This document shows positions 24,301 to 38,473 of a stretch of 64,000 nt of DNA, piece after piece. The DNA is from Takakia lepidozioides. Its lineage: Eukaryota; Plantae; Bryophyta. Position 1 is the first letter of the stretch, and every line of letters begins with the position of its first letter. The DNA lies in NCBI GenBank assembly GCA_030704615.1, contig CM060731.1, forward strand, positions 54,498,001 to 54,562,000, given 5' to 3'. The notes beneath the pieces were generated by a model. It was not told the origin of the DNA and searched no databases. It saw only the letters and a list, made by a program, of their open reading frames with translations. The position numbers were made by a program, and so were the translations under genes.

Positions 24301-27300
24301 ATTAAAAGCAGGTCAGGGCTTTAGAATAGAAAAGAATATTCCTGAGTAGCTACTAAAAGAGAATGTATGGTCCAGGGTCTTTGATGAGCAGACAGAGGCA
24401 AGGAAAAATCTAAAGAACTTTTTCTCTTTCTCTCATTTGTAGACTGGTGTAATTGAAAAATTACTTGATAGTCCACAGGCATAAGTGTGTCCAGAGTCTC
24501 CAAGAGCGGATCTGCCTGCAGTTGCTTCATAGAAAGTGCAAGTCGCATCTTGTCACTGCACCACAAAATCACTGAAAATCGGTTCTCAATTCAAACCCTG
24601 CTCCTGAGTTGCTGTGCCAAATGGCTCTTGTATCCAAAGAACTCACCTCTATAGTCCCACTAATGCATACTTTTAAACATTTTCAGCTTTTGTCTGTGGC
24701 TTACTAGTCCCCGTTCACATAACAGTAAGTAAGGAAGTCAGTATTGAACTTACAGGTCAACTTGAACAACTTTAACGCGCACCATCTTTCCCTCCTCCAA
24801 AAGATCACGAGGGTTGCGAACAGGATCCCATGAAAGCTCTGAAACATGTACTAATCCACTTACTGGATAGGTACCTGCAAGATCTCTCCTTACTCTGTCA
24901 GAATATCGTTCTACAATTTGACAACTTGAAAATTTGAGCTTTGATTACTTTCCAAATATTGATAAAAGTGCAGAGCAACTTGGGAAATTCCATTTGCAAG
25001 ATAATAAGCCATATGGTAGGAACAGAAGTGCTGGGCCATAGTCTGTAAGTAAAGTGAATGGCCTGCAGAAGAATGATGTGATCATTGATTGTTCCCATGA
25101 ATGGCAGAGCAGAGAGACAAACTTTGTATCTTGTATGTGGGCCCCCAAGAGCCTATGGGACAACAACAAAAGAGACTAACAACCCAAACATTGCACTGTA
25201 CTGATTGACCAGTCCACGCAAACATTGGGTGTGACGCTCATTAAGGGCATAGTCCATACCATAAACTAGCCTACTGGACCCAGTTGTGGGGTGTCAGTAC
25301 ATGAGACTCAACCGAAACTTGCCACAGTGCTTGAGCACAGCCACAATTAACCTGCTATGAATTTGAGTATTATTTGGTGCCCCCACTGACATGGAATTCA
25401 TAGCAGAGGGTATAATGTTGATCCCACACTGTTGCTGTGTCCTGTACCTGTGACCAATCTTGCTCTGGTAGCACTTCTAGTCACAAAGCTGAATGAAAAG
25501 ACAAAGATACAAACTTCATCCAAATGAGAGAGGGAGAGAGAGAGAGAGAGAGAGAGTGGGGCAAGAGCAAAAACAGCAAGATTAGTTAGTCTGCAGAGAT
25601 GAAGAGAAACTGCTTGAGGGAGGTACCGTCAGGGAACTGAAGGTCAACAAAGGCTCCAAAGTCAGTCACAGAATTCACCTTGCCGTCAAATACGGCACCC
25701 TCCTGTATCTGACCAATACTTTCCACCAACACTGCCTGCTTCTCTGATAGAATTAATCGGCGGCCCTCTTCACTTACCTCTATAATCTGCCCCACACGTC
25801 AATGCGAAAACCATAATATTAACACTTCAGAGTATGAGAAGTTATGAGGCCATGTGAAAAAAGTGCGTGGGCTCTTCCATGACTTGATTCCTCATGTTTT
25901 GCTCCCAAGGCTTTGCAATACCACTTATTCGACTGTCTATAGCAAGAGACAAAACTGTAATTGTCATATAATTCAAACATTGAATGGATGATATAGCCTT
26001 GTAGCCATTAACTACCACCTTAAAGATAAGCCCAAAGACCATTGCACCAAACAATCATCATTCGCAAGGTTAAGCTTTTATCCAGCTGGTTATGGGGTAA
26101 TCTCATGGATAATCTGAAGATGTTTAATTCTACTGTCTACAGGACATGATCAGAGAGGGACAAACATTATGTCAGATACACATTTTAAAGGAGAAATGGA
26201 GAAGTGAGACTTACTTTGACAGAGATTAGCTCGCCTATTAAATCCTTGCCAACATCAGCAAGTGTCTTGCTCCCATCTGCATATCAAAGTATAGAAGGAA
26301 AATTCGAACTCACATCCCAGTGACTGATAACAATAAATGACAATTATCTATTCACAGGGGCTCAAAGGAAACTTAAGTCAAGATGCCATTGAAAGAGGCT
26401 GGTAGATGAAAGCAAATACACCTTAGGCAAATTATCACCAGAAATGAAAAACCTTGGACTGGGATCTGCATGTCAAAAATCCTGAACCCAATAGCCGGGG
26501 GAGAGGGCGGGGTGGGTGGCAGGTGGAGGGAGGAGGCACCTTTCGGTAAGCGGGCAACATTTATCTGAGAGAAAGGCAGAAACCCTTGAAGACCACCAAA
26601 GCGTACCAGCAATCCACCGCTGTTGCACGCATCGATGCGGCCTCGATGGACCAGCCCACCCTCCAGGGCCTTCTCTGCCTTCTTCCAGTCTGCAGCTTTC
26701 TACGTTGTAACAGGCAAGCTTCTCAGCTCTCTCTCTTATCCCCCTTTCTGACAGATCAAAATCCTATATCTTTCTTTAACACCTTCTATGCACAGATAGA
26801 GGCCAAGATCGCAGAGTATAACCGTGTCTCTCTTCCACAACCGAGAACCAATGAATACATCCCCCACGACCAATCAACTATAACACCTGAAATGTAGGCA
26901 GGTCTTGTTTACTATTTGCGTACCCTTGGTCTGAGCTGGATTAATTCAGTTACTCTGGTGCAACTTCAATAGACATTGATGTTGACCTCGGACCCCAGGT
27001 GTTACGTGACGCCTAGCACGCCACATCGGTGACATTTACTGACCAGGGTTAGCTTAGTATGGGATACACGAACGACCGCCAACCAAACACGCAGTATGTG
27101 TTACCTGGAAGTGTCTTCCTTTGTCCCCAGAATGCGTTCAATGACGATCATGGCCACAGCCTTACCGGACTACAGACGTCGCGTGCAACAAATACACGAA
27201 CATCGAACATTGAACGAAGGTGCGACGTCTGGCGTGAAGCGAATAAAGCCCAACTCCCAAATCTGAAGCAAGAAATTCAGCTGGATTTGAGATAGAGCAT

Positions 27301-27682
27301 TTGAATGTACCACCAATTGTCGATCATTCTTGATAACATCTCTCGTCTCTGAGCTTGACTCCTTCAAAGTCTCATTCTGCTCCACATTCGCCGTGGCGGA
27401 AATACAAAGCCCTTGCCTCCCGCGCTCTCTCCTTTCTGCCCTGGCCACCCGTAGTAGATTTTCCGTCTTCCTAGTGCCACAAATTCCTAAATTGGCATCA
27501 TCTGGGACGCAGAGAGTAGAGAGGGACAGAGAGAGGGAGGGGTAAGAGGCAGTAGACGAAACCTTGGAAATGCAGCCGTGATGGAAGAGGAAAGAAGAGA
27601 CAGAAGCTGTAGAATGAGCAGCCACAGCTTGCTTCAAATTCCCAGCGACTGCAGGAAGGGGGGATGATCTCGGTGCCCACAT
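21367..27682 (-). CDS. SRRP1: Chloroplast S1 RNA-binding domain protein (SRRP1/At3g23700-like), about 10 exons
   Basis: Transit-peptide-like first exon from ATG 27682; exons encode DWKKAE..GGLLVRFGGLQGFLP, RLILSEK..FDGKVNSVTDFGAFVDL, GLVHVSELSWD, LSMKQLQADPLLETLD, EPLPGLEQIC, EKRVVSQDLELWLSN, DGKFTLLARAGRQ (22677-22627) and final exon 21450-21367 ending GRVP*. Internal exon ends are approximate. Confidence 0.9.
21708..22170 (+). mobile_element. 3' fragment of a non-LTR retrotransposon after a (TC)n tract
   Basis: CCHC motif CxxCGQPEDNLHFLIHCP; homologous to 31771-32313. Confidence 0.75.
22796..22857 (+). mobile_element. 62-bp 5'-truncated non-LTR insertion
   Basis: Shares the family 3' end (ctcaaactgggcgcggggtcaatggcc...cttatgagtaca); perfect 15-bp TSD TCTCTCTCACTACCG at 22781-22795 and 22858-22872. 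Confidence 0.85.
23487..23830 (+). mobile_element. Two tandem 5'-truncated insertions of the same non-LTR family at one site
   Basis: Short copy at about 23487-23555 flanked by CTCTCTGTGCCTA (23474-23486 and 23556-23568), followed by an older copy ending gagtacatt-CTGTCAGTGCCTACA. Confidence 0.8.
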
Positions 27683-27767
27683 TGTGCGTCCTGCCACACC
27701 ACACTAATAACTTAGTCCCGGCCTGCGACACGCCCAGCGCTGTTGATACATACTGTCCACCCATGCT

Positions 27768-27775
27768 GCCACGTG
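27768..27775. promoter_or_regulatory. G-box (GCCACGTG) upstream of the S1 gene
   Basis: CACGTG core about 90 bp upstream of the proposed ATG of a plastid-protein gene; motif match only. Confidence 0.3.
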
Positions 27776-28469
27776 AACGATCCATCCATGCTGTGCGTGT
27801 CGTACTTAAGTATCTAAGTGTAGGGTAACGCTTTTGGCCGACCCGCTGCAGTCACCCTTCACTCGTCTTTGGACTTGCACTCTCTTGCTGGATTTGCAGT
27901 CACACGGCCAAGGCAGGAGAGCCTGGAAGGAAGGAGAGCCTGTTGATGCAACTAAGCAGGGAGCAGCCAAGATGATGAAGCACGTTAACATGTCTGTAGG
28001 TGCACTAGATCGAGCTGCACTCATGTCATCCTCCACTAATAACTTGGCAGAGCCATATGTTATTAGGGGTCAGAAGTTACATTCTGGCACATCATTGGGT
28101 GGAACTTAACATATGCATCTCAGTTCTTGTGAAATTCTTGTTACTTGAATACAATCGAGGCGGGTCTTCCTGGTTAGGATTACAGTGGGACATTTGCTGC
28201 TCCCACTTCGGGTAATTCAAGTTCGTCCACACATTTTGGTTCCAGATCAATGTACAAGACCACATTTATCCTGGAAGCCTGGAGTATGGCTCAAAAACCT
28301 GATAAAATAAGTTTATCTTTTGACAACAGCACAAAAGAGAATGATCTCCCAAAAAAGCACGCTGGCAGAGCACAAGAAACTGCCACGATCCTGACAATAG
28401 TCCACAATTGGGACAAAAAACATCTATAGGCAGCTCAGTCACTCTGGAAACCAGATGAAATGCTAAAGA

Positions 28470-30361
28470 CTATGCCGAAGATGATGCACCACTCCGCAGA
28501 CGGGCTTGTTGTTTCCGGGGTCTCCTAGTGGTGATCTCTGTCTCCACCTGCCCATGTACCATATCCAAACATTAGTTACATCTAAGGGCCACAAGGTTGG
28601 GTACATGTAACAAGAACTTGTTCACAGGTTGATAACTGGCACATTTCCCATTACCTGATCACAAATAACTTGGAGAAAGAAAACCACGTTTTAGACTCTG
28701 AAGTCTCACCAGAATGCTCTGATGAGAAACCACAAGTTCACTGTACATAACAGTAACCCCAGTAGGAATGACAAAGCCAAGCCCCTGAAGGTTCCCATGA
28801 ATAAGACTTAATTTTATCAGATCAAACCACTGCAGCAGCAAATAAGCAGCTCACCTCCTTCTTGACGGAAACCTCCTTCTCTGACAGTGTAAGCTCAATA
28901 TGACATGGTGATGACATGTAGGCTGCATCCCAACAACAAGTGCGTTAAAACAAAAATAAACAAATCACAACTCTGCAGTAGTCTATGACAGAAAACACAC
29001 CATCTAGGTCACAACTTTACTTTGCATGGTACTAGCACACATACAACTCAATTGGAAAGTGGCACTTGACAAAGTCATTTTGCAGCAACAGTCTGCATTA
29101 GTCAAGCAATTCATTCTTATGAGCATTTTATATGTTTCATGGCCTGCTTTTAGTTCCAAAAACTAAGGATAAGGTGCGCACGATTGATGCGGCCATGGGC
29201 ACGGTAAGTACGGCGGCGCTGCTTCTGTGCCTTATTGACCTGAATGTGAGAGATGACAAGAGTGTCTACATCGAGACCCTTCACCTGTCTCATCAAAACC
29301 CCAACCAAACACACTCCTTTGAGGGGTACTCATACACAAGAATGGAACTCTTAACCACAAGCTAAAATTTGAAGCAACTTTCATAATCTGGAGAATGAAA
29401 TGCCTCTGAGAATCAGAATTCCCAGAAAAATGGAGAGGAAAGGAAATATAGTAAACACCTCAGCATTGCTCTCTGCGTTCTTCAACAATCCCAGTAAGAA
29501 TGTAGCTGACTTCACCGGCCAGCGTCCTTGTCCATTAGAATGTCGCGACTTGGCTTGAGCCGTGCGGCCAACCCCACCACAGAACCGGCGGAAGGGAATG
29601 GCTTGCTTGTGAGCTAACACATCCTCCAAGTACTTCTTGGCCTTTGACAACTCAAGCTTCTTGATGGCTTGTGCTGCTTCTCTGGTGTTCTGTGGTGACA
29701 AGTAAATCTCATTTGATCAGGTTGCCGAATGACACGGATAAGAAAAAGAAGTGATTGGCAGAGTCGACCCCCACACACTCCCTGGTGGAAATCAATGTTC
29801 GACTACGTGGGTACCAAAAAATAATACTCAGACGGTGTCTAATAAGCAGGGTCCAAGACATACCTTGAAATGTACACGCAGGTCTGATCCCCTGGCTTTA
29901 CATGCTGCAGAACCAAGCGAACAACGAAAGATAGGGTTAAAGTTCAGAGGAGGGCAACGTAACGTGCTTTATATTAGTGATCCCTCCTAGCTTCCAAATC
30001 ATCCCTCCACAGAAATTTATAAAATGCAAAAGATCCAATTTCATATAACAATCAGGAAGTAGAGGCACGGCAAGCTGCAGAATCAAGTACTTCTTTTATG
30101 AAGCATAGAAAGAGATGCTTACCCTTCGTCGGATTATCGGGTTCCTTCGCGTACTTCACCTGCACGAATACCACCCTCTGCATGAATTAGACACAGAAAT
30201 TCTACAAGAATACACATTCGCGCTTTATGTCAACAGCAAAAGCTCTGACTCCAAGGAAAATGGCATCAAACATGTCTGGGAATTTCTGTCCACAGAGATC
30301 ATGGTCTACAGCTATGAACACACACGCATGGTGAAAGAATCAGAGAGGAAGTGAGCACCAT
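28470..30361 (-). CDS. RPL17: 60S ribosomal protein L17 (uL22), 7 coding exons
   Basis: ATG|gt at 30361-30359; exons [12 protein letters not shown] (30159-30123), [24 protein letters not shown]...[10 protein letters not shown]...[18 protein letters not shown]...[23 protein letters not shown], and last exon ending LRSGASSSA* at 28470. Confidence 0.97.
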
Positions 30362-31770
30362 GGCTGCTGCAGGCACGGTATGAAAGCTGCTGGGCTACCA
30401 AGCTGCAGGCAGGGCACAGACACAGAAGGCAGCTGTTCCCTTTAACCTAGGGCTTGTTCCCAGGGGATCGCATATGTTCCCTAACTTCGCTTGAACCCAT
30501 CCAAGATAAACTACAAACAGTACCACAATGCCTCAGATTTCGGTAACTCTACAGTTGCCTCCAAACCAATTCGGATTTAGAATCTGCGTTCCTGAGATTG
30601 TCAGTTCTCTCCAACAACTCTAAGTAGACTGCTGCTGTCTTTTGTCGGTTTCTCTGCCTCCAAACTTCAACAGGAATCCAAGCCTATCAGGCTTTACTAA
30701 AGCGCTTATCTGGAACTTTGGACTGAGAAATATTGAAATCTCTCTGGCTGTCCTCTCTCAGGTGTGGTCTTTTGAAGCCCGGTGGAATCGAATTGGAATT
30801 TCAGATAACAATTGCAACACAATTGTCCTATTTTGTAGAATTTTTATGACTGTTGTGGCAATTACACCGAGGGGAGAAACCCCAGAAATGTCCACCGTTT
30901 TTGTACTAATTCTTAAGGAGCATGTTCGACTTGCAATATCCGAGGCCTCAATGTGATATGGCAGAGGTACTCAGGGGTGCTCTGTTGCGCAATGCTTGCT
31001 GCAGTATGGTGCCTAGTTGTGCGTGAGGGATAGAGTGACGCTGTGGATCCCTGCGCATTATGTGGGTTACTTGCAGAGGCTGACCCCAAGAGATAGAGAT
31101 TATGCCAAGCTGTGTCCTTCCGTGTTGAACTGGTCAATTTTCTATAATCTACAGGTCGGTTTGCTTTTCTTCTTCCTCCTTTGATCATTCTGTCAAGTGT
31201 CAAATTAGTTTGGGATTGAATTTGCTCTAGCCTTGTTGACGAGGGGTCCACACCCTCGTCGTGAAACTCGCTAAGAGGGTAGGTGTCCCGGGGGCCTGTG
31301 CTCTGAAGGGATTGCGATAGTCAACGTTTCAAGAGAAGAGTCAGTAAGTAAGATAAGTGCTTATTGCACAAGTACCTGCGACGTTTACCTTGTTCTCTTC
31401 ATGCATATGTTCCCTCCCGGATGCCCTCACCCCGTTTCTTCTTCATCTTCATTTGTCTTGAAGACCTTGACCTGTGTGTCAGTTGGGCGACGTGGGCGGC
31501 TTATGTTCACCCTTGATTGGGATTGCGCCACTACAATGACCCAGTCTACAGCTTTGCTGTCAATGGGGTTTGGGTAGCATGACTTGTCAAAGTGCTAATT
31601 GTGTTTCCATGTTGTCTAGAGTGTGGACTGAGTTAAATGCGCTTTTTGTGATACCATTCTCTCCACCATCCTCCTTTTCGACTCCATATCCTGCATTGTG
31701 GGAGGATTGGGAACTGTGAGACCACTGCAAGCATGGTCAGATGATACTCTTCCCCTCTCCTGGTGATAAC

Positions 31771-32313
31771 TGCCTGAACTTGTTTACAGTCTGTGACATG
31801 GGGGAGGACATCATGGATTACCTCAAGGGTCTACCCACTCTCGGCACTAGACTGAAATTTAACTCAGGGCGGGAAGCCTACCTTTGAACAGCAAACAGAA
31901 GCAGAGAGGAAAGGGAGGGTGCAATTGCCCATTGGGTGGGCAACCTGAAGACAATATTCATTTTCTGATTCTTTGTCCGGGGTCCTCTCACCAGAGAGAC
32001 GCTCTCTCCAAATCTATCAAGGGAATTGTGCATGTACCTCTGTCTACCAACTTTGAAAGTCTCAAGGCTGAGCCAAAAGCCCAGGCCCTTTTGAGGCCTA
32101 GTTATTGGGCAAACCACACACAGCAGTGATGCTTGTGCAAAGGGATTTCTAGGGGATATCTGGAATACCCGGATCAATTGTTTATTCCAAGGTAAATCTT
32201 ACTACTGGCGTCAGCCCCTGACAAAGGTAGGTTCTGTCCCTTTGTGTTCCGCTCACACTGGGCGCGGGGTCAATGGCCACAAGGCTATGGCTAAGTACGT
32301 CTTATGAGTACAT
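31771..32313 (+). mobile_element. Longest copy (543 bp) of the TCTC-targeting non-LTR 3' fragment
   Basis: TSD TCTCCTGGTGA(T/A)AAC at 31756-31770 and 32314-32328; encodes the ORF C-terminus with CNCPLGGQPEDNIHFLILCP. Confidence 0.85.
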
Positions 32314-34099
32314 TCTCCTGGTGAAAACATTGATGAGTACGCCCCTTATTGCACAAAGGCTATGCTTCTTTAACATGTCTGTGCGCCTATTTTCAACCTT
32401 TCCAACTTAGCACTTGTCATAGCAAGCAAGGACTGTGCCTCAAGCTCACAGGCAACATTGCAGGGCATAATCAATGAGTACATTTTCTCTCAGTGTTCAA
32501 CACCAGATTTGAGTCTTTTGTGAGGCCATGAAGGCCTATGAACTTTCAGTCAGCTGCACTGGTACCTAAAGCAGGGACTGTATATGTTTTACTGTGGGAC
32601 TCTTGGCAGGTCATTCTCTTCAGTAATGATCTCTTGTTGGAAAGCAGTAGTCCTTCGGGGTGAAGTGACACCATAAGTTACACTTGCTTCGGCAGGAGTC
32701 TGCCTCTCTCTCTCTCCTGTCTAATAATCTCGTCTTGGAGAGTTTTCATCCTCCAAGGGATGGCAGCTCAAGTGCCATTTGGGTTGAACAGGAACACCTT
32801 GAGACTAACGGTAATGGGTACTACAAAGTCGTGGAAGAAGGCTTCTAGTCGGGATGAGAAGGAGGGCATAAGACAGCGTTGTAGGGGAAAATTGAAGAGG
32901 GAATGGGAAAGTGGTGTAGAAAATGGTGAGTATGCCAAATGTTGGTTGTGGATTTTTGTGTGGCATCAAATCAAATCAAATCTAGATTAATTTCATCTTG
33001 TCTCAGCCCATGTTTGTTGAAGAGGGGTTACCTTATAAGTATCCTGACTGTGTGGGCACTCCCAAACGCCCCGAAGCAAGCGCCCCCAGGAGGGAATGGC
33101 ACCTTCAAAATGAGAGGAGGGGTAGTAAAAGTATACCAATGGGTGCTGAACTTCTGTTTGTTGATTCCACTAAAGAAGGCCGAGTGTGTAGAATGATCTT
33201 GACCTTGTTCAGGTCAGAATTCTTTCCTTTTACACTGACAAAGGAGAACCAGACTTCGTGTGTTGAGGTGGTGAAATATTATTGACTCGGGCAATACAAT
33301 ACTTACATGATTCTCTAGTGTTGTAGGAACAGTTAGCAGGTGTTGAGAAATCTTTGAGGTAAATGGGTGCCGGAAGAGTCTAAAGCTAGATAGTGTACTA
33401 ACAACTCAGTTTGGCATCGGGCATGGTACTCCAGACCTTGGTATAAATGGTGAAGGTAGCTTATCTTGCATTGGCCTGTGAGGTCTCGATGGCAAGTGGG
33501 TTGACCCTCCAGGAGCCTCTCCAGAACGGACTGGACTGTCCAATGGACCCTGTGGTGGACCCGCTGGATGGGCGCTGGGCTTATGAGGTGACCCCATGGG
33601 CCATACTGGCGGGGCCACAGGCGCATTGAAGGCGCTATTATTAAAACATCGTTGGCTTTTCCACTTCTAATATATTTCAGGGCCTCTGTCCCCTGTTCCA
33701 AAAATGGATACCTTAGAATGCATGCAATCATTTTCACAGTTGTTTCAAGTGCTTGTTCAGGTTTCAATTATGTCAGCTTTTTGCATTGCGGTAAGAATTA
33801 CGCTGGCAGAAGCTAGCTTAAATTACTGCCTGGAGTGCCACCCCCACTTGATTAGGAGGCGGGAACTTTCTATGCCCAGGTAATTCAACTGGACAGTTTT
33901 ATTCCCCCATTCAACCCCTTTTGAGATGAAGAAAGCCTTTCTATCCAAAAGCTGCATGCAGGATGGGAGTCCCTGCAGTTCTGTTCAGCCTGCGAGTTAT
34001 GGTCTATGCTCATCTTGGCAAGTGCAGCCGGCTCCTGATTGGCGACAGCAGTCGTAGCCGCGGTTTTGAAAACCGGTGTGGATGAGACCTCCATTGTTG

Positions 34100-37000
34100 T
34101 TAGAGGAAAGAGCAATTGTGTGAGTTAGAAAGGGAGCTAAACAAGCTTGCACTACTCTATATCAAAATGAAGCAGCAGATAGGTAGTAACAGCGATAGAA
34201 AAATTGACTCAAACACTTCCTAGCGAGGGTAGAAGATGGAGTATTCACCTCGAGCACTAATGTGATACAAAATCACACGGTATTCACTTTATGGCTTGCT
34301 AATTTGGAGCATTTCTTGATTTGTAAGTGTCATCCTTTAGCAGTGGCGAAGGGATTTTTCCCTTATATTGCTGCAATTTTATCAATGTCTCCAAAAGTTC
34401 CAGTTCTACTTGAGTCTGCTCATTCTGGGATGGGATTGTAAATACCCAGCGGTTGGGTATTTGTGCCTCGCCTGTGCATGATCTGGGTGATCCTGGGTTC
34501 AATCCTTCAAGATGTGCCTTCAACCGTCCATGGGCCCCTTGATGGGCTGTGTGTTGAGCAGTAGGCTCTGTTTTGAGTGGATTCAGAGAATGTTAGGTTT
34601 CATGTAGGTTCAGTGCTTATATAAGCAGAAACTGTGACGGATTCTCATTGTAATAATGCATTTTTTAGGTGTGCTGCTAGTTGACGTTTCGGGAAAGTGG
34701 GTAGGCCTCAATTTCCCATGAGACTCGAGACTCGTGGCTGCAAATAAAGTTAAAAGCCCTTGCACACTAGAGGTTGATGCAAGAAGTAGATCTCACCTAT
34801 TTACTTTTTCTGGATACATCTCATTGTACAAGTCACTCAAGCAGGCCCCTATATCAAATGCTTGCTCTTCTCCATCTTTCTGTCCAAACATGAAGCTTGC
34901 ATCATGATTTCTCCCCCATGCCTGTTGGACCTAGGGAATGGGTGTATGGTTCTGAAGTTATTTGTTCCACTGGTTGCTGGACAAGTATTGGACCACTAGT
35001 GAGAACAATTTCATCAGTAAGATTCTTGAGGTTATTTGCTTCACTGGCTGCAGGACTGTTGGACCAATGATTGAAAAGCCTTGGGCATAGCTGCAGTACA
35101 GCAAGTTCAACACCTCTATTTGAGGAAGACAAGTTGAAGGCTGGCCTGGCATATGTCAATGTTCCATGTACATTTGCGCATCTGTACCTTCAATTGTGTC
35201 CCATTTGAGGTAGAAGAACAACAGACCTTTGAAGGTGGTGAAGCCAGGCCATGCCTCCTTACAAGCTCGAGATTGAATGTACTGCATACTGCAGGTGTGT
35301 TTCTGTAGAAAGTAGGATGAAGGAAAGAAGTTCAGATGGTCACCTGATGTTAATAAACTGGAATTAACCAGATCTTCACATTTTCAGAGGAAGAGGAAAA
35401 GAGCACTTCACCACCAGAATTCAATCAAAGGTAATGGGCTATGCTGTTGTCAACAGCATGTCTTCTGAAAGTGTTGGCTAACATGCCACCACTTTGAGGG
35501 AACTTGAGGTTTTAGTACTTAGTTGTGCCTTCTCCTTTTCAGTGGATGTGGCTGCTTCTCTCTTTCAATCTGGAGAGAAATATTGACACTACAGTCACTC
35601 TTGATATTTGAAATGTAATAACTTTCCTACTAAGATTTTTGATTATTTGTTTGTTGGCCATTGACCCCACAAGATGTGAAGTCTCTGATCTCGGGTGACC
35701 CTTTGAATGTGAAACAACAACAAAGGGTACAGTTGCTTGGATTAGGGGCTACCTGGGATGCCTTGGACCTTAATTGTGTTGAGGAAGTTTTCATATCGTC
35801 CAAGCCCCACAGAGCAAAGGAGATCAAGTGATGTATACCCAAATGGAGACAATAATCCGTGTATGTCTTTTGATGAATTGCAGCTGTGGGTACTGCTGCA
35901 ATTGGGAATGGGGACTGAGGATACCAGGTCCTTACTATATTGGATTTTCTCCCTCTTGGATTCCTCTGCGCCTGCGCAAATGCCGTAAAGGGAACATCGA
36001 TAGCTATAAGTTGCCGATATTTGCCAAGTACGTTTCTTTGGAGGTTCTTTAGGTTCTTGCACTTTCTTTTTCAATCCCTGATCTGTATCATGAGATATTG
36101 TCATTGGAAGTTTGCAAGTTTACTTTCTAGTTTTTCTGGAATGGGTCTCATATACCCCAGTTGGCTGCGGGGAGTTAGTGTTCCGGAGGGACTGTTCATT
36201 TATGCATATGTCATGTCATAACCAACAGCGCATGGGACACAATTCCTGTCCACAGCCATCCTAGTCTCATTTCTAGACAGGTTGTGACTTGCAGTGCAAT
36301 CATTTCCATGTGTCACATCTGTCACCAACATGGGCAATTAAAGCAGTAGTGCTGGAAAACATTTTCTTTCTAGTATGACCCAGGGTGAAGCCATCAAGGC
36401 ACTCTCTCAGTAGAGGGATAACCAAGTAGCCTAACCTTTGAGCATGGATATTTCTTGTCTATCAATTTGTTGGATGAAAGGGAGAACAAGGTGACATCTT
36501 TGAACTCTGAATATGGATGGTGTGAATGATAACTTCGATGGGATGAGATGATTAAGGATGGAGGGCCATGGTTTAGCAGGTTTTGGACAGCGACAAGTCA
36601 AAGTGGGTCACCCTACTATGGCCTCACATCCAGTGGCAACTTCCCTGCTCAGGTCCGTCTGCTTGTTCTCTAACTGTTATCAATCTCAGCACTGTCGGTC
36701 ACAATTTTTGGAAGCATCTCACTGGGTCTAGTATGTACCACTTAAAAAAATGCTATCAAAGCAGTAGTATAGAGGCATGGCCACACTCAAATTTCCCTAG
36801 AACCACACATGGCTTATTATGTGTCAGAGTGCATTGAGTCTCCAGGTTCTCCTGGGAATATCCTCTTTCTGACAGGTTCAAAGTTCTAGTGAGTGGAAAG
36901 CATGGGTCACTTATCTCCTCCCCAGGGTAGTGGTACTAGTGCAGTAATTTGAGTAAATTGCAGTAAGTTCTCTGTAACTGCTCAAGAGGAAGGATTGGGT

Positions 37001-37400
37001 GATGATTAGTGTACATGTTCTGGTGTGGGTGGAGGCAGGCAAGGCCTCCTTTACTCTCCATGCTGAGCCTCATGCATTACCAAAAGCTCCCTGGTCGCAT
37101 ACTGCTGTTTCCGTGGCGCCTCTTCCCAAGACACGGCTCGATTGCGGCAGACACTGCTCACTATCCATTTGGAACACGCATGTTTGTGCCTGGATATGGC
37201 TGGGGCGAGGCAAGTTGCGACCCTTGCTCTTAGCCTTAACAAGAAGGGGGCGAGGGGTAGTCTTATTGTCTAACTGGAGAGAGGAAGTCCTTAAGCTGCT
37301 TCAGTGGCCTTGTGCTTAGGCTTTGGGCTTTTCACTTAATGGCACAATTGTGATGATGGACGCATCATGGGAAGCAGGTAGAAGACCGAGGGGGTGCAAT
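34100..37400 (-). mobile_element. Highly decayed Ty3/gypsy-like relic
   Basis: RNase H-like YPSTERECL...FQHY at about 36350-36420 on the minus strand and weak integrase-like traces at about 34900-35600; boundaries uncertain. Confidence 0.45.
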
Positions 37401-38473
37401 AAAGGGACCCGCACGCATTGATTTGTACCATCGCTCACACAAGGAAGCTCTCAAGTGGGGTCGTTGCAAGCTCCAGGTCTTTCTTTTGCTTGCATTCACC
37501 CACTCTGTTTTTATTTGAAAGAGAGAGGGAGAGAGACAGACCCCAGCTCAACCTTAAGAGAAAAAACCTCTTTAGCAACCATTCTCTCGCTCACTGAAGC
37601 ATCTTGTGTTGCCTTCAGTCTGACCAGAGGCATACATGAGCGGTGCTGGAAGTAACCTCATTTACTGTCATGTGGTCGATCCCGACCATTAACTCACCCT
37701 GTAGCTAGAGGTGCCAGCTGTGTGCCGGCAATTGTGGTTATTCTGGGCTGAGTCTCACACCCAGGTGGGCTCATACCACATTGGACTAATGTTCATCCAA
37801 TCCGCTTTCTTACTTTAGCCCTTGTTTTCGTATGAGAGAGTGGGAATTCTTTTTGACCCTTTCATCAGGCTACAAAGGATCCAGTCTTTGTTGGTAGGTA
37901 CTTCTGGTGGGTACCGCAACCAATGCAGCCAGTTACGAGGTGGTTGGGAGCTTCAGTGGCTAAGGAATTTGTTTGGGAAGCATGAGGGGCAGAAAGGAAG
38001 AGGGGTTGAGATAATGTCCTCACGAATGTGATGGCTTTGCCAGTCCCAGATGTTTTGGCCTTACAGCTAAAGACAGCTGGATACAAGATCCCCCAGTTTC
38101 TTGTACAATCTCAATAGGGAACGATCAGCCTTCCTTACGGGACTGAACGTTGTTGCACACTTCTCAAAATGGAGTTGCCAGGAGACTGGTTAAAACATAT
38201 TCGTTGGGCTCATGGGAAAAGGGTCAGTGGGGCTTATAAGGTGGGATTTGTTTGCAGGTTTTGATCGTGAAACCAGGAGAGAGTACACTGGACACTCTAA
38301 AAGTTCCAAAGCCAGTCAAATCTGTGCTGAAGGGCTTGAATTGGTTGCGTTGTCTGATTTTCTAGTAGTACTTTCTAGTATTTTCTACATAGTAGTCGCA
38401 TGTACCATGACATAACAAATTGTTTGAGCTTTTCAAGATTGCCTCGAGAAAGCCACTCACACTTTCATCAATC

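Noticed and set aside
31236-31270. Hammerhead ribozyme (TGACGA...GAAAC)
   Set aside because: It is a simple 8-bp hairpin; the core lacks CUGANGA and GAAA does not directly follow stem II.
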